A DNA stretch of 64,000 bases from Camelus ferus (lineage: Eukaryota), in the NCBI RefSeq assembly GCF_009834535.1, contig NC_045697.1, forward strand, positions 116,066,001 through 116,130,000, read 5' to 3'. This document shows, in pieces, positions 26,794-41,464 of the stretch. The notes beneath the pieces were generated by a model. The model was not told where the DNA came from, did not search any database, and worked only from the letters and a program-made list of their open reading frames with translations. The position numbers and the translations under genes were made by a program. The stretch's first letter is position 1, and each line of letters opens with the position of its first letter.

Positions 26794-29700
26794 CTAGGGA
26801 AGGAGGAGGGAAAGCTAAGGTCACCACTGAGTCAACAAGTCCACGACGACACTGAAAAACCCCAGCAGGCTCCACCCCACACCATTTAGCCAAAAGTACT
26901 GGCAGGAAAGTTCCTTCATTTTTGAAGTTCACAGTGCCTGAATAGTGTCCTGTTTCCCAAGAATCACCAAATAAAACTTTTAAAGTTTATGGGAATTCGA
27001 TGAGCCTCAAATAATACGAGATTCAGGGTTTAGACAGGTGGGTTTGGTAGTTCAGAGTAACTTAGGTGAGCACTTTTGGGTGAATCCAATGAGCTACAAC
27101 TTTAAATTAGACCCCAAGGAGCAAATGAGCCCACTACTACTTGTTTGGCAGCACAAACGCAACTTGGTGGCAAGAGACAGCTTCGGTCAGAAACACATCT
27201 GAGATTCATCTACGCCCAAATGATGTTTAAAGGTTAAAAAAAAGTAAGCGTCTTAGAACTGACGAAGGGTACTGTTACACAGGCAATGATGCAAGCTCTA
27301 CGGAGAAAGAGAGACAAGCGCGCCCTCAGAGCACTCAGGATGCAGGAGGTCACGGACAGGGTTTGCCTGTCTACACAGGCATGTAAACATCACTGTTCCA
27401 CTTGCTCATGTTTCAACTCCAGGTAAAAAAGCGTCTATTAAGCAGATTCACTGAACGTACCTCCAGTCTCTACCACTCCCCACACAGAGCAGAGAAGACG
27501 CATTGGAAAGGAAATATTCCTACGTTCGCCCATGAAGAAAATATTTATTGAGCCCTTTCCTTCTTACTCCCTGCTAGTCAGTGAATGAGATGAGATGCTA
27601 AGAAAACACTGCCCCGAAGAATCTTACACTCTGATTCAAAGCTGTTATCCATTCTTCTGAATTAAAAAAAGGGCACTATTTATCTATAATATCACACACA
27701 CGACTGGCCAATAATAAACATGACATTTCAAAACACATGCTAACAGACACCATGCAACACTGATAACACCCCTCCTTCCTGCCGGCATTCAGATTCCGTC
27801 TGGCTGTTGAACACTAACAAAATAAAACTGAAGTAAGAGTTGGTCTTATTAATATTCCCTTCTCTCCTCTGACAACCTCATCCCTTCTCCCCTTCCAGTA
27901 ACAAGATGTCACCTCACAGTTTAAATTGTCTCACAAGGGAGGTGACTCAGGCTGATGACACAGACCAATGGGTCTGATACCTCAGGGTTCCAAATAAGGA
28001 GGTAAAACGTATTTATAACCACAGCCCTTCAGACCTGACTCAATAAATAAATTATGATATTCAATGGTATTTAATACAGTCTGTACAGTGCAATACTTAT
28101 TAACATCATGGGAGACAAAGTACACAAAGAAAAGATGTAAACATAAATTTATTAGGGGGCATATGATCAGACGCCAAATAAATGTAAAGGAACGCATGTT
28201 GGAGGAGCTCAGAGAAGTGAGGCGTTCATTGAAATGTGTGAAATCATGGCAAAAATCATGTAGCTCTCACTATGAATTTAACTGATAATTGAAGATGCTG
28301 TGAGACAGATAAAATTGGGAAAACAGCAATTTCCCTGCGAAGGAGTAGAAAAGCGAAAGCCTCCAAACTAAGAATTTATATATTTTTATTCACAACGTAG
28401 AATAGTGAAAAGTTTGCAGGATTTCTTCAGGAACGATTTGAAGACAAGTTTGCCGAGTTATATTAATGACTGTGACTTTATGGGTAGTTGACTGATAGAG
28501 ATCAAATATTAAAATAATGTGTTCGGAGCCAGGATAACTGTCCTTCACCATCTCAGCTATGTTTCCATTTAATGCAGTCAACTCACTGCAGAAGGCAAAG
28601 GAGGAAGCATTACTCCCGGCTCAGAGATTTCCAAGCGCATCCATCGATACATCACGTAATTACGGAACGTAAGCTGATTCCTACTACCGTTTATAGACCT
28701 GAGGTTGACGTGTGCCACACAGTGCGACTTTTAAAAATTAACGTCGATATGCCAAACAAGGTGTATCTAGCTAATGAATTTTCACTCACTGGCCAATTAT
28801 TTACTCAAAGCGCATAGGACACGCTTCTCTTCAGCGTCCACCAGCTGGTCGTCTTTCCCGACTACATTTACTGTGTGGAAGCATTAGGCGCCTTCAGGCT
28901 CCAAATCTAACAGAAGAGATGCGGGTCCAGCCTTCACAGTCCACGGCTACTCATCTACGCTCACTCACAGCCACAGGGAGCGGAATTCCAGGGCTTCGTT
29001 AGGCTAACAACCACAAAGACTGTCTACAGAGAAAAGAGGAAGTATTTCCACTCTAAAGAATTCAGTTCTATTGGATGAACACTGATTACCTACTCTGTCA
29101 TACACCGTTAGGGACACGAGGCACCAGGCTGAAGACGACACTCCCAATTCCAAGTGTGACTCCTGCAAACCAAATGGTCACTGAAACAGACGCGGTGCGC
29201 AACAGAGAAGTCAAACATCCTTTTTTAAACACGGCTTGTTAGCTCCCCTCCACCACCCATAACTCTTTGTAGAACAGAATGAAATCATGTTATATTAAAC
29301 TGAGGGTTAACACACATAAAATTTAGCCTTAACTATTTCTTTCTTTTAGAACAGACGCCACGCTTGAGATGTTTTCCCATAGGTTGGGATGGCAGCCCCG
29401 TGACTGACAGGACTCATCAGCTGAAGTTCCACAACTGGAGAAGCTGTGGGTGCTGTTTCCAGAAAGGAAGAGCCTGAAAAGCGCAGTGCGGTCCAGCTTC
29501 ACTCTGCACACTGGGGACCTGAGCCTGGCCTTGGGAAATGGTCCTTCGGAGGCAAAGGAGCCAGATGGGAACTGGGAGTCAGGGAGCAAACACAGGTGCA
29601 GGCACCACGCGTACGCCTGGGGGCAGAGGGAGAACGGAACCCGCGGGGACAGTGACTCACTGTCTGAGTGGAATATACCAAACAGGGGCACAGCCCGACA

Positions 29701-29846
29701 ACGACTACAGATTCACGCATTCCAAGCTTTTCCAGGCTTCATCCAGTGCCTACTTAAATTGCTATCAGTATACTATTTAATTGTGTTTCAGATTAAAATA
29801 GGGCTGTGAATTACCTTGTGACTTTAGCCACTCTTTAGAACAGAAA

Positions 29847-30211
29847 ATACTATATGATATCACTTACATGTGGAACCTAAAAAAAGGAGAAACAGAAACA
29901 GACTCTTAGACATAGAGAACAAACTTGTGATTACCAAGGGGAAAGGGGGGTGGGAGGGAATAAACTGGGAGTTAGAGATTTGCAGACATTAATGGACATA
30001 TATAGAATAAACAACAAGTTCATGCTATATAGCTCAGGGAACTATATTTGATATCTTGTAGTAACTTATGGTGAAAAAGAATGTGAAAACAAATGTATGT
30101 ATGTTCATGTATGCCTGAAGCATTGTGCTGTACACCAGAAATTGACACAACATGTTAAACTGACTACACGTCAGTAAAATATATACACACACACACACAC
30201 ACACACAAAAA
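29847..30211 (+). mobile_element. 5'-truncated L1 (3' UTR)
   Basis: Same 3' UTR as the 42.2-kb copy; 11-bp TSD tagaacagaaa at 29836-29846 and 30212-30222; (CA)n in the tail. Confidence 0.9.
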
Positions 30212-30529
30212 TAGAACAGAAATTCTTTTCAGAAAATAAGAAAAGTTTTTGAAGTTGGGACTACACATAGTAGTTACCTGATTAGCTGAAATAATTAAAA
30301 TTAAATAAAATTTAAATAAAATGAAATAATTAAAGGGGAAATTAATACATTTTATACATTTTGATCTTAATACCAACATATTTAACAGTAATTCACTACG
30401 AACACAATTCAAAGGAATCTCTTATATTTTTCTTTGTATCAATTAAATGCCTTTATTTTAACATTTGATTATATGAATGTATTACTGCTCAAATTTTTCC
30501 TGGATCAGGCAACCTATATTCCTAAAAAT

Positions 30530-30655
30530 ATGGTTCTTGATTGTGGCAGTGGTTTCACTGGTGTATACACATCTATCAAAATTCATGAAATTGTACCTCT
30601 GAAATATGTGTAGTTTACTGTACAGGGATCATATCACAATAAAGGTGTTAAAAAC
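30530..30655 (+). mobile_element. Old L1M 3'-end fragment
   Basis: tcttgattgtggcagtggtttcactggtgtatacacatctatcaaaattcatgaaattgtac...caataaag. Confidence 0.7.
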
Positions 30656-33442
30656 TGTGGCACTTGTGAATCACAACTGTAGTCAACTACTGTCAGGCAA
30701 ATGACTGAACCATAATTTAGTCATGAAACTGCCCATCACATAAGAAACCACAAGGGTAATATGTGTTTCAATCAGATTCTTAAACACATAAAGTAAGCAT
30801 AACCTTAGTATTAATCTTAGTTTTGTAAAACCTGCGTGCCACTGGTACAAAAGCTTGTTTTGTTTCCTTTTCTGGGAGAAGCAGGGATGCTACAGCGATT
30901 AGCTGCAAGTCAGATACACTGCAGAAGCCTTAAGGCTCACATGTGAGCATATCGCGTATGTGACAGTCTTTGATTTATTAATTAACCTAGTGATTGGCAT
31001 CTATGAAACGGCCAGCTAGTACATGAGCTCTGTTTGGACCTAAATGCAGCGAGTGGCTGTCCTGAAGGCTCTGACACCACTACAGCAGTGAATACTCTGC
31101 TGAGTTGGTAAAAAGTCCCTGAGAGCGGTGACAGCGCAGCAGGGACCAGGGTGCTGCCTCGCATCCCGTTCCTTCTCTCCCCAAGAAACCTCTGGTTCAC
31201 TCTTCCAGCCCTACGGGAGAGCGTCGCCGTCCTACTGGCCGTGTACCCGAAACGCAGGGGAATTTCACGTTCCACGATGCACCATCAGCATCGGAGGGTC
31301 GCTGAGAAATCCAGCAGTTAAGACAAAAGAGCACTGCCACCATTACGGACATTTATCTAACCGAAAATTTTCCCAATAAACCCTAGAATCACTTTATTTC
31401 AAGACACAGATACAACGGAGCACGCAAGGCCTGGGGTGACCATGGGCACCTATCCAACCCTCCCCGCGGCGTATCCTGAGTAACAACACTACCTGAGAAT
31501 CACACCTTGTGCCTGGACACCAGCTCCATAGTAAGATGTGTCATTAAGAATGGACCCAAAAGAGCACGGGTTTCCCGAGACCGTCACTGGAGTTCCCTGA
31601 GTGTTCCCCACGCTCAGGTTTTCCAGGTCTGCAAGGAGGAGCCGGAATATCACTGGACACAGTCCCCGTTCTTCTCTGAGGTGTTAGTGAGAATACAGTC
31701 CCCCGTAGTTTCCACCCATCCATCATTTACCAAAAACCTGTGTTGTGAGGATTAAATGAGCGACTGGGCAGAGAGCACCCAGGGAGGGCCTGGCACACAG
31801 AAACCAGCGGGCAAGTGCGTCAACCCGAAATCACCGTGCGCGGACTCCGTGGAAGGCATAGAGTCTTCCAGCTCTAGGCTCCTGCCGGGATCTAAGGCTC
31901 CACGCCAGCGGGTCACTGAGCTGCTCCCAGAAGGGCCGTGGTGGCCAAGGCCATCTCACCCACGTTAGAGCTCAAGATGTGTTTTAAAAGCAAGTCACAC
32001 TTTCTCCCTCCCTGCATGTACACACACGTGCACACACACACACACACGTGCACATACACACCCCTCGTTTTTCTTTTACTGAAACTGATCTTTTCTGATA
32101 CCACTGGTTCTCACCTGCTCTGACCGGTTTCCACATAGAGCTTGAATAGGCAGGAATATGACTTAGTAGCTCTTTTTAAAGACCACTTTATAATACGGCC
32201 AACGCTGATTTCTCTAAAGCATAGTATTTCTTTAAGAACACCAGAAAAAGTAAGCATGTGGACCCCTGAGTATTACTCAGCAGAAGTAATTTGTCCTTAT
32301 ACCCACTGAAGACATGGTCTAGATTAGGACTCACCCTTGAATCTTTCCTCCATCAGTATTGCACAAAGCACGGAGAAAGACTTCTGCACAGTATGCAGTT
32401 TCTTTTGTTTATGTATACATATACATTTAAAGGCAAGAAACAAAGTTTCCGCCAAAGTGTCATGAGAGAATAATTTAATAAACTGATAGATCTAATAATA
32501 TTTCTCATTAAAAGGCCTGGAGATGTTTTAAACATCGGAATGACTATGCTTTATAGGAACAGTTCTACAAAAATTGGCTTTATATCTACGGGAGAAACCT
32601 GCCTAAAATTAACAATTTGTAAGAACTTCACATTCCCCCAGTTTCCTGCCAGGCTCAGAGGACATAAGCCTCTCAGACATATATGGAGTTATCTCCTGTT
32701 CAACTTCCTCTAAGTCAAGTGACCTTGAGCAAGCTGAGCAACTTCTGTGTACCTGAGTTTCTTCTGTAAAATGAACATAACACAGTCCAGTGACTAAGTG
32801 AAGTAACTTGTGGGATCCACCTTGCAGACGTCTCTCCCTTTTCGTCCCCTCTGCCATTTTTCTAGGTAAGGTCTTCACTCTCCCAGGTTAGACAGTTTCT
32901 AAATTCAATGGGGAAAAAACCGTAACTAACACTTTTGACACTGTCATACCTAACACTACCATTCCAGTAGTTTACTTACTACATACATTCCCCCTAAAGT
33001 CTATGGGTTACATATTAAATAAATCATTTATTTACATGGAAGAGCTCACTGCTTAGAGTACTGCACTAAATTTTTCAAAGTAAATGACCTCGTTGTCATG
33101 ATATGCTTATGGTTCAATTACTCTCTTTTATACACACTCAGATATTCATAGCTAGAATTCTCTCAAAGTGCTAACACTTGGGGAGTCTGTGCTTTTGTAT
33201 GCCTAGCTGTACTGTGTGTGACTGTAAAAGCTTCCACATCAGTCCTGTATTTGGCCAGGACAGGTACTGCCAACAGGTGCGCTTCAACTGCAAACCAACA
33301 CTCCTGCCACCCTGAGCGCACTGCCCCCTGGAGGGCACTCTGAACAGAACACCTCCACACGGGCTTTAAAATACTGTTCTGGAGGGAGGTGTAACACAGA
33401 GGATCTGACATTAAGATACAGCTTATATACATTAACATTTCA

Positions 33443-33610
33443 GGGGGTGAGTGTAGCTCAGTGGTAGAGTGTGTGCTTAGCATGCAGGAGGTCCTGGGTT
33501 CAATCCCCAGTACCTCCATTAAAATAAATACACAAATAAATAAAACTAATTATCTCCCCCCTCCAAAAAAACAAACAAGTAAAACAAAATTACATTAAAT
33601 TAAAAAAAAG
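33443..33610 (+). mobile_element. tRNA-derived SINE (vic-1-like)
   Basis: A box gtagctcagtggtagag; B box gggttcaatcccc; A-rich tail. Confidence 0.9.
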
Positions 33611-36559
33611 AACAATTTAAAAAATCTGACATGCTTCCTGCCTAAACAGAAACCTTTTTATGTTAGAACTAGCTTCTGAAATGCAGCGAGCTAGCCCTCT
33701 CCCCAGGGCCAGAAGGCCACCCTCACGGGTTTTAGGGCTGGTAACACAGGAATGAATCATCAACTTCACTGGCTACGGTTACATAAATTACCATCTGTCT
33801 AAAGTTTCATTCCTACATTTATACAATAGGGATATTCTGAACCCAAATAGAATACCTAGGACCCCTGCTGAGGAAAATAAAACTAAGTTACCTGAAAGGC
33901 TGTCAGTCACATGACTGATGTTTTCAAGCAAATACTTTCCAAAAGCCTTTTCTCTTGGCTGTTGAAAGAAAGCTCAAATGAACTTCAAAACAGAAAAGCA
34001 GAATCCCTTAGGATGATGAGAAAGTGTAGGATCTGACTTAAACATCGTATGTTCCAAAATGCAAGGCTGTGCCCCATTTTTCTCCAGGAGAGGCAAGGGT
34101 AAGACCCCTGGCCACCAGCTACCACGTGCCAAGCCTGGGCTAAGCACCTGCAGGTACACTAGCTCATTTAATTCTTACCAGCATCTTAAGAAGTAGTATT
34201 ACTACGAACGTGTTAGATCGGAGGAAACTAAGACACGGGAAAGTGAAGTGATTTGCACCAAGATCACATAGTGAAAGGTGGCCGGGTGCCAGGCCCTGGA
34301 CCTCACACATGCAAGCATTAAACTTTAGTGTATTTATTAATCTATTAGTTGACTTGAAAACACTCATGGATATTGATGAAATGCCCAAATGGCTGCTTAT
34401 ATCAATTTATTAATATAATTTCTTGTACAAATTTCAAAATCAGGTAGAAAAATCGTACTTTGAAATCATTCTTCACCCTTTCTTTCATAATACAAATTTA
34501 CTAAAACTTCACATCTGCATCTCCAGTATCAACGATTCTGACACCACGACACCGCTTTCTGAGTCATCCCTCCTAAATTGCTTGAGATTCACCACATTTC
34601 TGAATCTACATGTGATATACTGGGCAGCATTACTGAGGCCCGTTTTTCATTTGTCTTGCAGGGTCTTAATGAAAACCATTGACTATAAGCTCTTCTTTAA
34701 AATGTTATAGTAATATCCAGTGTTTGCAATTTTCAGGTCGCATAGCCAAGAATCATCATTAAATCCATGTCAAACATAAAACTTCTTTAACTCCTTTCTT
34801 TATACCAGGCTCACCACCCGACCCTTACGGCATTCGAAGCCTGCATTGTTTGATGTCATTTCTGTCTTATGTTCCTTATCAAAGAGTACTTTTTCCGAGG
34901 GGGAAAAAAAGGTAATATAAATTGAGAGAGAACCTTATGATACAAGAAACAAAAGCAACTCCTTCTCTGGTAGTTAATTCTGGCAGAGCAAAATCTTGTC
35001 TGATATAGTAACACCCCTGACATTTGACAATCAGAAACAAAGTATGCACACACAGACACACACACAGTTAGTTATAATACAACCTCATCAACTAATTTCA
35101 TCAGCTTAAGAAAGGACACCTGGCACAGAGCAACAGTTCTATAATACATACCAGAACCACTAAAAGTCTGTCATCTGAAAGATAGCTGCATTTTTTTCAA
35201 AATGGAAATCTTTATCTGGGACCTAAAATAAAACAAACTAACTTTCCATAGAAATACTGAGATAGTTGATTAATTATCATGTATATATCACCAATACACC
35301 AATATACTAATTACCCTGTATATATCACATGTATGTCCTGTTGTCTGCTACGAAACACAGCTTTATGACGGTCTGCAAGTCACATCCATCGCATCCTCAC
35401 TCCAAACACACACAGATGCCCAGCATATAATCCCGTTTCCTGTTCAGGTATTTGCAACAATCAGTAACCACTGATCTGCAAAGCACACCTTCCTCTGAGG
35501 GATTTCAACAACAAAAAAATTTCTAGATCATTCAGTCCAAAATATTTTCAATAAAATAGATGGCAACTGGTGGCACCGAGTCGGGTGACTGACTGGAGAG
35601 TCATCTCCTGGGCAGCACGCCACCTATGCAAACCCCAGCCCCTCTGGACGTATTCCATTCACGCTGGTAGTAAGTACTGCCCTGGCTGGGGGCACTGCTC
35701 TGTAACCGGCAGAGCCCTGAGTATCTGACGCCCGTTGGCTCCAAGACTCATCAGGAGCCCGGATTTGCTGCTGAAGCTCAGACAGCTCAAGCGGCTTGTC
35801 CAAAGGCCCAGGCAGGCGGCGCGAAAACTTGTAACTTTTTCCTTTGGATCCTGACTCTAGAAATCTCTTACCTTCAACCCAATCTTGACACCTATCTTCT
35901 CCCTTATTGGAACAGGAAACACCATAAGAAGCTACACCAATACAACCATAGCTTCATTTTCTAGTACAAAAACCAACCCAATAAGTACACTTACAGCAAA
36001 ATTTGTGATTATCCATATAGAATACTGCTCATGTTCTACTTGAGTTCTCATGTTTTCCAGGACAGAGGGGGATCGCTGCCCTGGAAGTGGCTGTCCCCAG
36101 AGAGGGGGGCCACTGGTAAGACCAGAAGACGGTTCCTGGGACCAATTAGACAACAATGGTGATGAGCTCCTGCGGGACTGTGAGCGGCTGCCCCGGCTGC
36201 CCGGAGGCCCCCACGAGCACGGGGTCAGGGAAACAAGTGCTCCAGGCCAAGGAAAAAGGTTCCTACTGGATCCACGGATGAGCCTGGGCTGCCTTATTTT
36301 TCAACAAAAATAAATAGCTGGTTTGGCCAGAAAGCCTCTCTTGGAATTAAAATCATCACCCCACAAGTTGTTTTTGTTAAGCCACCTACATTCAAACACA
36401 AATGAGCTTGGGTCTCTTTACAATCAAATACCATAAAATGGCCAAGACGGGCAAGCTATTCACAAACGTCCTCCTCTTCCAGGGAGTACGGCTGGACCAC
36501 ACTTCCCGACTCCCCTCACAGTCACATTTTTGTGCTGTAAACTGTGCCAGTACAACCAA

Positions 36560-36865
36560 GCTCCAGCCTTCGGAGTAAGAGCAAACAGAAGTGATGTACG
36601 GCGCGTCCACCCCTACTTACTACACCTCCTGCACACCTGCCATGCTCTCCCCCTGCATCGAGAGTCTCTGTTGGAAGACAAGACAAGCTTTGCACTGAAG
36701 GTTACACAACTCAGCCACACAGCGGAGGGGCCGGGATCCCTGAATCACTGCTTAGATGGGAACTGTCCTCAGGGACCAAGAGTACTTGCTTCAGATTTTA
36801 TGCAAAAGAGAAATAAACCTCTACTGTGTTGGAACCATCATGTTTTGTTTGGCTTGGTACCATGA
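36560..36865 (+). mobile_element. Old MaLR (MLT1-like) LTR remnant
   Basis: 3' signature gagaaataaacctctactgtgtt...ttttgtttggcttggtac; boundaries approximate. Confidence 0.5.
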
Positions 36866-37373
36866 CTAGCATGATCTTCACTCAGACAAATACAAATACT
36901 GTGATCATCTTTGTGACCTCTTTGTGAAAAATCGTCCACAGTGGAATTCCGAATTCCTGAGGGAGAAGTTGGGAGGGCTCTGATAACATCCTGACCGCGC
37001 AGGACTGTGTGCAGTTCGCATAAAGCAAACATCAGAGCTCCGTGACTTATTCAGGCAAATGCGTGTTGCGAACGCACGTGATGCCGGGATGCCAGGCACC
37101 GCTCCCAGCTTCTAGGGCAGCAGTACATTAAGATGAAGTCCCTGCTTGCGGGGGTCTTACAACTCATGAGCGGAGACAAGTAATACAAGAATAGTGAAGG
37201 AAACTGTCAAACAGTGATAAAGAACTGCATTCAGCAAAGATTAAGAGAGACTGATGTGACAGAGTGACTGCATAGTCAGGAAAGATCTAAGATGCAATAA
37301 TGAGATGAGAAAACGGTCTCATACTCTGTTAACACCTGAAGGGATAGTTCCAATCACACCATTTTACTAGGTA

Positions 37374-37375
<2 letters not shown>

Positions 37376-37408
<33 letters not shown>
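37376..37408. repeat. (CA)n microsatellite
   Basis: Read directly. Similar (CA)n tracts at ~4403-4426, 16541-16559, 30185-30206 and 48790-48817. Confidence 0.95.
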
Positions 37409-37410
<2 letters not shown>

Positions 37411-38103
37411 TCTACACAAACACATATATACACACATACTTTATATAACACATACATTTCATACATTTATAAAGTATATGTTATATTTATGTTTTGTCTT
37501 TGTGTCAAACCGAGGCAAGTCTAGCACATCACGAAGCCAAAGGAATACGATGACTAAACATTTTATGAAAAAAAATCACTGGGCTCTTTGTACAACCTCA
37601 AGACAAAACCAGCTAAGAAGCACAGTGCCCTTATGAAGCAAAGACAGTAGAAAATAAATCTGGATTTGTTCAGTGCCCTGTGGGCTGGAGAGCTCGGATA
37701 TCTACCCATATTTCAAGATGCAAATATTACATGATGGGAATATAAGGCTTCCAAAGTAAGTATTTGTTCTCTAAAAGTACCGCCTAAGAGTTTAAATGGA
37801 AAATTAAGTCTAGAAACCACCTACTGAGTCAATTGATTTTGAGGACTCAAGAAGTCATTGAGTAGACTGATTGCTTGGGAAAAAATATTTGTATTGAAAT
37901 TTATGCTGTACTGTTCTGAAAAACAGAAAGTAATGAAACTTTATCTCCCCAAGAAGAAACTTGGATGCACTCAAAATCCTTGCTTCCATAGACTTCCTGC
38001 CCTAGCGTCTGTGCGTGAGGGTAGGAAGCTGGGGGTAGGGAGGCGAGGCCGTCACACAAATGGGAACGCGTCACGCAGAGGGAAGCAGTTTGAAGCAGTA
38101 GCA

Positions 38104-38851
38104 GCCTTCCTACACTGGTGGTGGGAATGTAGTTTGGTGCAGCCACTATGGAGGACAGTATGGAGGCTCCTTAAAAAACTAAAAATAAACTTACCATGTG
38201 ATCAGCAATCCCACTCCTGGGCATATACCCGGAGAAAAATAAAACTCAAAGACACATGCCCCTCAGTGTTCATAGCAGCACTGTTTACAATAGCCAAGAT
38301 ATAGAAACAACCCAAATATCCATCAATAGGTGACTGGATAAAGAAGCCGTGGTGTATTTATACAATGGAATACTACTCAGCCATAAAAAAGAATAAAATA
38401 ATGCCATTTGCAGCAACATGAATGGACCTGAAAATCGTCATTTTAAGTGAAATAAGCCAGAAAGAGAAAGAAAAATACCATATGATATCACCTACATGTG
38501 GAACCTAAATAAATAAATAAATAAATAAATAAATAGGACACAAATGAACTACTTATTATTTATAACTTAGATGATTGATTTCTTGAATATGTGTAAGCAC
38601 AATTTGACTGTCCTTTATGATTGGATTATTGCATTCTTGTTGATTCTTATTTTGTGGTTGGCTACATTCCTTTGATAACTATGTAAGTTTAAAAAGCTAA
38701 AGCTCTATCTGTTCTTAGAAACAGTGATCAGTACACATTGTAAACTAAAAAAATGTGCAGTATATTGTATATATGTATTTACATGCAATATAACATATAT
38801 GTCCAGTCAAACTGTTAAATTCTACCTAATAAAAGTGAAAAAAAAAGAAAA
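38104..38851 (+). mobile_element. L1 fragment: ORF2 C-terminus plus an atypical 3' end
   Basis: Encodes WWECSLVQPLWRTVWRLLKKLK...FIAALFTIAK (L1 ORF2 C-terminal motif); ends with aataaaa and an A-rich tail. Confidence 0.85.
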
Positions 38852-41464
38852 GAAATGAATAGGATAAAGGATACAGAGGGTGGAAGGTTTCATTGCCAAG
38901 ACGTCATCTGAGTAAAGACCTCAAGGGAGCGAATGCGTCTACCCTGCAGGTGCACACAAGGAAACCGGCACTGCACGTTCAAGGACATTGAGGGCAAAGG
39001 TCAAAGGCACGGCGGCCTTGGTATATTTTAAGAATAGCCAGGTCGGTACCAGCTCTGGGAAGACCATAGGGAATTAGGTGACGGCTCTGGATTTTACTAG
39101 GAGTGAGATGGAGAGACTGGAGGGTTCTGAGCACTCATGATGTCTGCATCGTGCATTTAAAACACTGTTCTTAAATGTTTAATGTAGAGATATGCTACTT
39201 TTTTGAGAACTATTTGACAGTAATTCCACATAACTTAAATTGAAAAAAGATGTGTATTACAACTTGTACCAAGGGGCCATCAGCAAACAAGAGCATCATG
39301 GCCGGTCTTGCTGGATGTATGCTGGGCAGTGACCCGACTGTGAGGCTGTGTCTAAGTGGTGGTTTATGGGAATACCAGCCGTTAACTTTATTTATGGAAA
39401 ATCCTACCCTACACCTCTTACATATGAGACATACACACACAGAGGAAAGAAACTGCCTAGATTCTAAATGACACCTCAGATTCTGCCTGTACTGGTTCCA
39501 GGTTTCGCTCAAACACTACACAACAGCCACTTTCTAGGGATGAGTCTTACAACTTAGCTAGACAATAATCTTTAAATCGAGAAATAATTAGACGTTATCC
39601 CTGTTAAGTGACTAACAAAAATAGTAGGTATTAATTTTATGTATCTGGTATATCAGTTTTGCCTTTTGCTTCCGTGATAAAGATGTTCATTTTAGCATTC
39701 ATCTCCAAGGACTCCAATGAGAAGACATCTAATTCCATGTTTGTTTTCAGGGACTTTCTGTGTCCGCTCTGCCCCACCAGGCCACTTCACTGTTCCAGCT
39801 GGGTCTGGAGGGCACCGGGCGAGAACGGACTGGACATTAGTGTCACATTAGTCATTACTCAGGGCCAGCGAAGACACATCCTGCACAGACTGCGTGAAGC
39901 CTGGTCGGTTTTCCTCTCCCTTCATCTTTCCTTTGTTGTTTGCTTGTTTACACCGGTCAGCGGCAGCCCCGTATTGCCAGGTGAACAGTATGAATGACTG
40001 AGACACAGCCAAGCGCGTGTTTCCATGTACGGAGACTCTTTCCTAACACTCCCACTCCTGTCAACGCTCCAGCTCTTTTCCTGACCTTCTCAGTCATCTG
40101 CAAAGATTCATTTGCATCATTAATCGAGCAACTCTCTAAGGAAGCTCAGTCTTCCTAAATAAACACCAACATCTCGAATTCTGTCACTCCGTCCAGCTTT
40201 GACTTTCCACAAACGTCAACTACTTTCCCAGAACTTTTCTGCTAAATGTGTATGTGTATGCACATTACTTTCTTATCTCAAGTTCAAAGCAGGGGAACAG
40301 AAGAGCACTGGTCAGTGTACATGGGGTGAGGCGCTCTTGTAACTGGGTTAATACAATCTTGGGCATCGTTGGTGCGGGTGAGCACGTGTACACACACACA
40401 CAGCACTAACAACCTGACAGTGTCTTCAGATATATACAGTTTATCTGCCACAGCCAGAAGTCACACAGCCTCAATTCACCTTCAGCAAAAACGAGAACTT
40501 GTAAAACTAAGCAAGCTCCCACTGTGCGCAGAGACTCTGATGGGGGATTTGCAGGTATCGCCCCACTCAGCTCTGAGGCCACCACCCGGCTGCTGCCCCA
40601 GCTGGCTTCTTGCGACAGTCTCTTACTTCTCCTTCCATCTCGTCTCCAGGTGGGAGCAGAGTAAATGTCCAGAGTGATAGAAAACTCAGCCCAGATCATG
40701 TCAGTCCCCTGCCAAGAGTCTCAGCAGACTCTCCACCGTCAGGGAAAAGCTCGCACCCCCCTGCCGCGCCCCCCCTCTCCTCCTGAGCCTGACTCACCTC
40801 CCGACCCTCAGGCTCGGCACCAGGCAGAGGAAGCTCTTTGTGGCTGTTCACAGCGTCTGCTCTGTCCCCCTCTCCTGTGTCATTGCTCCCTCCTGGGGAC
40901 TGGCTCACTCTCCAACCCCCTCCTGGAGGGGACGATCTTGTCATCAGACGCACCAGTGTCACCCAGACCCTGAGCACAGCTTGCAGCAGCTGCTGATCTC
41001 ACAGCCCAAAACCTTCCCTGGGTGGGGGTGGGGGGTCCAAAAGGGAGCAGGTCTGCCTCGCCCCCGCCCCCTCCTTCCTCAGAGTGCCTGAAACAGTGAT
41101 TAACAAATACACCACTCTCTGAGCTCCTGGCCCCGTGTAGAGCCAAGGGGCTGAGAGAGGACCAGCTGGGGCTGTCTCTGCCCTCCCAGTGCCGTGCTCA
41201 CTCCTTACTGGCAGCTGCAGGGAGGATGCCGGAATAAAGTGACAAGAGGATGGACAGGGGAAGAAGGGCGAGGCTGTGCCGAACCGAGGCTAACAGTAAC
41301 TGGAGCTAAGCGGTATGTTTTGTCTGCGTTTCCTACAAGTTCCTCAGGGCAAAAAGAGTTGAGGACAAAACCTCTGGACTCAAAAATGTTTGTTTCCTGT
41401 CTGCAGATTCCAAAAGAGGCGCCTGGCAGCGGAAGGATGTCTGAACTCTCTCAGGACTGTCAGA

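Noticed and set aside
33443..33517. tRNA-Ala-like sequence as a real tRNA gene (also at 2830, 3848, 13480, 45699, 59940)
   Set aside because: Each continues into a shared SINE body and A-rich tail, several have TSDs, and the copies are diverged from one another.
34934..35023. 30-codon frame MSGVLLYQ...FLYHK ending at AAG|GTTCTC in phase 0, as another first exon
   Set aside because: Weak Kozak context and poor donor; expected by chance in a 36-kb intron.
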